From NCBI GenBank assembly GCA_964187785.1, contig OZ076409.1, positions 77,998,001 through 78,062,000 of the forward strand: DNA of 64,000 nucleotides, read 5' to 3'. This document shows, piece by piece, positions 60,279 through 64,000 of the stretch. Origin of the DNA: Amphiscolops sp. MND2022. Taxonomy: Eukaryota. Position 1 is the first letter of the stretch. Each line of letters opens with the position of its first letter. Under the pieces are notes generated by a model. That model did no database searches, was not told the origin of the DNA, and worked only from the letters and a program-made list of their open reading frames with translations. The position numbers and the translations under genes are program-made.

Positions 60279-62615
60279 AATTTTTGAGGATGTAGTGGTC
60301 TTTTGAAAAGTTGCAATTAAAAATTGTGAGTTTTAAAAAAACCTTCAAATTTGAAATGCCTCTTTAGGCGTTCAATGGCAAATTTTCAGTTGATATTACC
60401 GCGGTAAAATGAACGTTTTGTCGATGCATTATTGCGCAATGTCATGTCAGATGAAAACAAGAATCCTTCGTTTATTTTCCATTTGTTCTCATTATTGCTC
60501 GAATCTTTGTGTTTTGAAAAAGAAATAACGAATATTTTGCAACTTTTGAATCTAGAAAGTCACTGGCTTTTGATGTTGAAAAATAAATAGGATTGTATCC
60601 GCTTAGCTGGAATGAAGAAGTGATTAATTTTATGACCCCTTTGGATAAGTACCAACGCTGTCGGCTCTCGGCGTTGAAAATAAAATACAAATTGCAGTTG
60701 AAGAAAAAGTAATGGTAAGGGGTACTGGATTTTTGTTTGAGTCCTTTTGAATAGTCTTTTGATCCTGCAGATGTATTTGGTTTCAAAAGAAGTTCACATA
60801 GCAAATAAAATGCAAATCAGGGATTGGTGTGAGGAAAGGTAGAAATAAATATGGTCCAATCAAGCAACACCATTTTCATTTTTTATCCAAGAAAAAAGTG
60901 TCTTTTGACAAAATGCGAGCTTTATTAATTTGTTTTAATCCATCCATATCTGTATTTTGTGTCAAGACTGTGAATGAATGCTAATACTGAATACATTTAT
61001 TGACAGCTTTTGATGATTTTTGACAAGGATTTGTTCTCAGACAAGGATTTCCTCTGCCGTAAAAATGAGACGTTAACCCGATTGATCTGTCTTGTAGGGA
61101 GATTTTCAGTCAACTAATGCTTCTGCTAATTTATTAAGCATATCATTGATCTTTGTACTCAACAAGCCGATAAGACATTTTAACGACACCAGGTGAATAT
61201 TGATTTTTGATTCCTGGGCAAAAATAATTCCAAGCTTGTTTAAATACCCTGAATTTTTTGATGTCTTTAAAAATGGTATTTCTTTCAGTTACAAAAAAAT
61301 CCGTGACTAAGTAAAACATATTCAAAGACCATCAAAAACTCCATGACTAAGTTTGAACCAGGAAACTTTAGATTCACATTTTTCAGACTTCCGAATCGAA
61401 ATTAAGTGTTCAATTTGTCAAGGCGTGTCAATTCGTTCAATGGTCAATAGTCGATAAGAAAAAAGTTCAATACCCTAATTCCCCGGTAGAGGTCGAATAA
61501 TTGGTTCTGCCTTTGAAAACTTTGCACTTTCAGGATACTATATATCCAAGGCAAGAAATTGCTCAAGTTGACAATGCTCTTAATGCTCGCCGTTTTTCTC
61601 CGCCGAATGCATTTTTCCTCATGACTATACCACTATTAATGGTGCTTTTCGCAAAATCTTTCAATAAAGCTCATTGTTTCTTTACACAAAAGTATGCTAA
61701 GTAGTCAATTGCTTTCAAATTTCAGGATGTTGAAACCCGTAGAATCATTCAAGATTGTACAAAAATTCCAAGTTTTTCAGAAATTGAACTCTTGATTCAT
61801 TGAGGCATTTTTTCGGAGGGAAAATACTTAGTTATGCAGAAAAAAGTATGCGAAGTGAAAAAACTACGGTCTATGCTCCTAAAACGCTTTGTTTAAAACC
61901 GAAGGCTTCGATAAAAAAAGTGGATAGTACCAAAAAAAACACAAAGGGGAACCACTTGGTCTTTCCTCTACTTTTGCAAGCATAAATTTTTGGTTTGATG
62001 CGAGACTCCAACCCACGTACTCCTGCTTCTCCGACCTCGTGTAAGATCCGAGTTAACCTACCGACTGCTATAGTCGGTTCTTTTCTTCGGAAAGCGCCGA
62101 CTAAAAATTTTAGAAGTATTGACATTGACTGAGTATTGATTTGGCTTATTGTTTTCAGTCCAGCCGAAAGCGGCACGATTCGGGCCCCGCTTAAGGCTCA
62201 GAAACTAACGAGGGGAGAAATGCTCTAGATTTTCTCCAAATTTTCATGGTTTGCACTTGCCCAGATTTGACATGCAAGCCTCCTACCAGTAGGCTTTTTG
62301 ATATCGCTTTTTTGTAGAACTTTTGGGAGGGAAAATGAATCGGAATAGGAATCCATTATGAGAGCCAGTTCTATTTTTAGGTTGAGTCACAAATGCTGAA
62401 GTGATGAGAAAAGCTTTGAAATTTTGTGATAAATTTGTCATCCTAATGTATTGAAATTTTCCACGACCGTGGAAACAAAGCTTATTTTTACAAACAGAAT
62501 GCCCGTCGTTGCTTTTTGCAGCCAATTTGTTGAGGTCTCAGTTTGACTTGTTGTAAATTGTTGGTTTTTTTTCTCGGTAGTTGATTACATTAAATTAATC
62601 TGAGTTGTATGCGAA

Positions 62616-63389
62616 CAGTGATGTCCCTTTGTAATTTTTTAAACGATTTTTTATACTAAAGGATCGGCCTTGAAATTTAAAGGACCCTTTAAAGGATTCG
62701 AAAAAAAAACATATTTCAACAAATACTTTAAGGGGAACGTCATACAGACATTAAGTAATACACATCTAATTTTCAAACAGCAGAATATTCATGTTGTAAT
62801 CTTACTGGCTGAAATTTGGAATCGCATTGAATTCACTATGCTGAAAACGCGTCTGTTTCGTCGGAATTATTAGGAGTCGGAAAAAAATTTTGACTACTTA
62901 TGCAATCGTGTCGTTTTTTTCTCCCGACTTTTCAATGAAAATTCAAATTTCTCAAGAACTGTTCATACGATTCTCTATAATATTTGGCACAGTCATCCTA
63001 CGCCCAAAATGCTCCTGCGTGCGCAAAGGCATCAAAATCGTATGATCGCGATGTGAGAAACAGTAAAAATTACCCCAAAAATGGCATTTTTCGACTTTTT
63101 TCGATTTTCTCAAAAACTCTCCATACGATTCGAACGAAATTTTCTACAGTCATTCTACACCATATTAGATATCTTGCTTCGATTATTATGTGTCGCACCA
63201 AAAAACATCAGCAAAAAACAAATCGATTGGTTCGACCCATTATGGTAAGCAGCTGCATCGAAAAATCCAGAATAGATTCATAGAATAATTTTCTCACCGT
63301 GCTATTCGTATTTATAATTGCTGTCAAATTTCCTGTTTATTTTGCTTAAAGGAAAAAGAATCCTTTAAAGGAAAAAAGGGACATCACTG
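62616..63389. mobile_element. Tc1/mariner-type MITE with a nested repeat (~62872-63170, related to ~58513-58740)
   Basis: CAGTGATGTCCCTTT ... AAAGGGACATCACTG. Confidence 0.7.
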
Positions 63390-63552
63390 TATACGAAAGA
63401 ATATATTTGAATCGACAAGAAATGTCCAGGAATAAGTGCCATTTATGATATCAACGGCTAAAACTTAAAGCGTATTTCATCAAGAGAGCTAAAAACCTTT
63501 GAAGCCAATCCACTTCTAATATTTTTTCTCTGTAGTTCTATTGGAAACTTGA

Positions 63553-64000
63553 ATTCATACTATAATAAACGATACCGGCTTTTGGAGGTGCAAATTGAAA
63601 CTTGTTCATTCTCAAGAAATGTCATCGCCCGTCAAGGCATCGTGTTCATCATATTTCGACCACTCGGTTTCAGAAGCCAAACTCGTCTACGCCTCTGTGA
63701 GTGAAGACGACCATCTCACAATCTGGATCATTGACACGAAAGTTCTGGAAATCGAGAGTTTTATTCAACGAGAAGCGCCATCGTTTGCATGCTGTCTTCG
63801 GATATTCCATGAATCTGTTCAATATCTCTCCAACGATTACGCAATCTCAGAATATGACTATGTAGCCTCGGCATTCGTTTCCAAATCGCAAGTTCCTCGT
63901 AATTTGAACCCATTCCGAACCCTGCACAGATTTTTGGGCACGTCAGGGCTGATTGCGTCATCTTGTCCTACCAGCAGTGAAGTTTTGATCTGGGATTCAG
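63553..64000 (+). CDS. Probable further WD40 exon, open to the window end
   Basis: Frame reads ..SVSEDDHLTIW..IASSCPTSSEVLIWDS; acceptor uncertain because an in-frame TGA lies just after the best AG (~63535). Confidence 0.5.
   Translation, partial: MHTIINDTGFWRCKLKLVHSQEMSSPVKASCSSYFDHSVSEAKLVYASVSEDDHLTIWIIDTKVLEIESFIQREAPSFACCLRIFHESVQYLSNDYAISEYDYVASAFVSKSQVPRNLNPFRTLHRFLGTSGLIASSCPTSSEVLIWDS

Overview
AT-rich, repeat-dense metazoan genomic DNA with GT-AG introns and a ~200-N gap at 5996-6195; the species cannot be established from the sequence. The main feature is an 18.4-kb DNA transposon (6215-24601). It has a perfect 20-bp TIR that starts with an RSS-like heptamer (TACAGTG) and a perfect 5-bp TSD (ATCAT). 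It encodes a spliced RAG1/Transib-like DDE transposase with a C-terminal BRCT domain, plus chromatin-related cargo: a Tudor-like protein, a KDM2/KDM7-type JmjC protein with a 12-unit tandem exon-intron array, and a degenerate tyrosine-recombinase-like ORF followed by a SET domain. Upstream are two decayed tail-to-tail LINEs. Downstream are the acidic ORF the transposon interrupted, an 83-bp satellite with a 917-bp higher-order repeat, and an intronless divergent uS5/RPS2-like ORF. The rest is a large Apaf-1-like (degenerate NB-ARC + WD40) host gene. Its introns hold a full-length BEL/Pao LTR retrotransposon (tRNA-like sequence in both LTRs, extra SGNH-like ORF), many MITE/HINE-like repeats and an antisense secreted-peptide ORF. 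All domain calls come from motif recognition by eye, without database searches.
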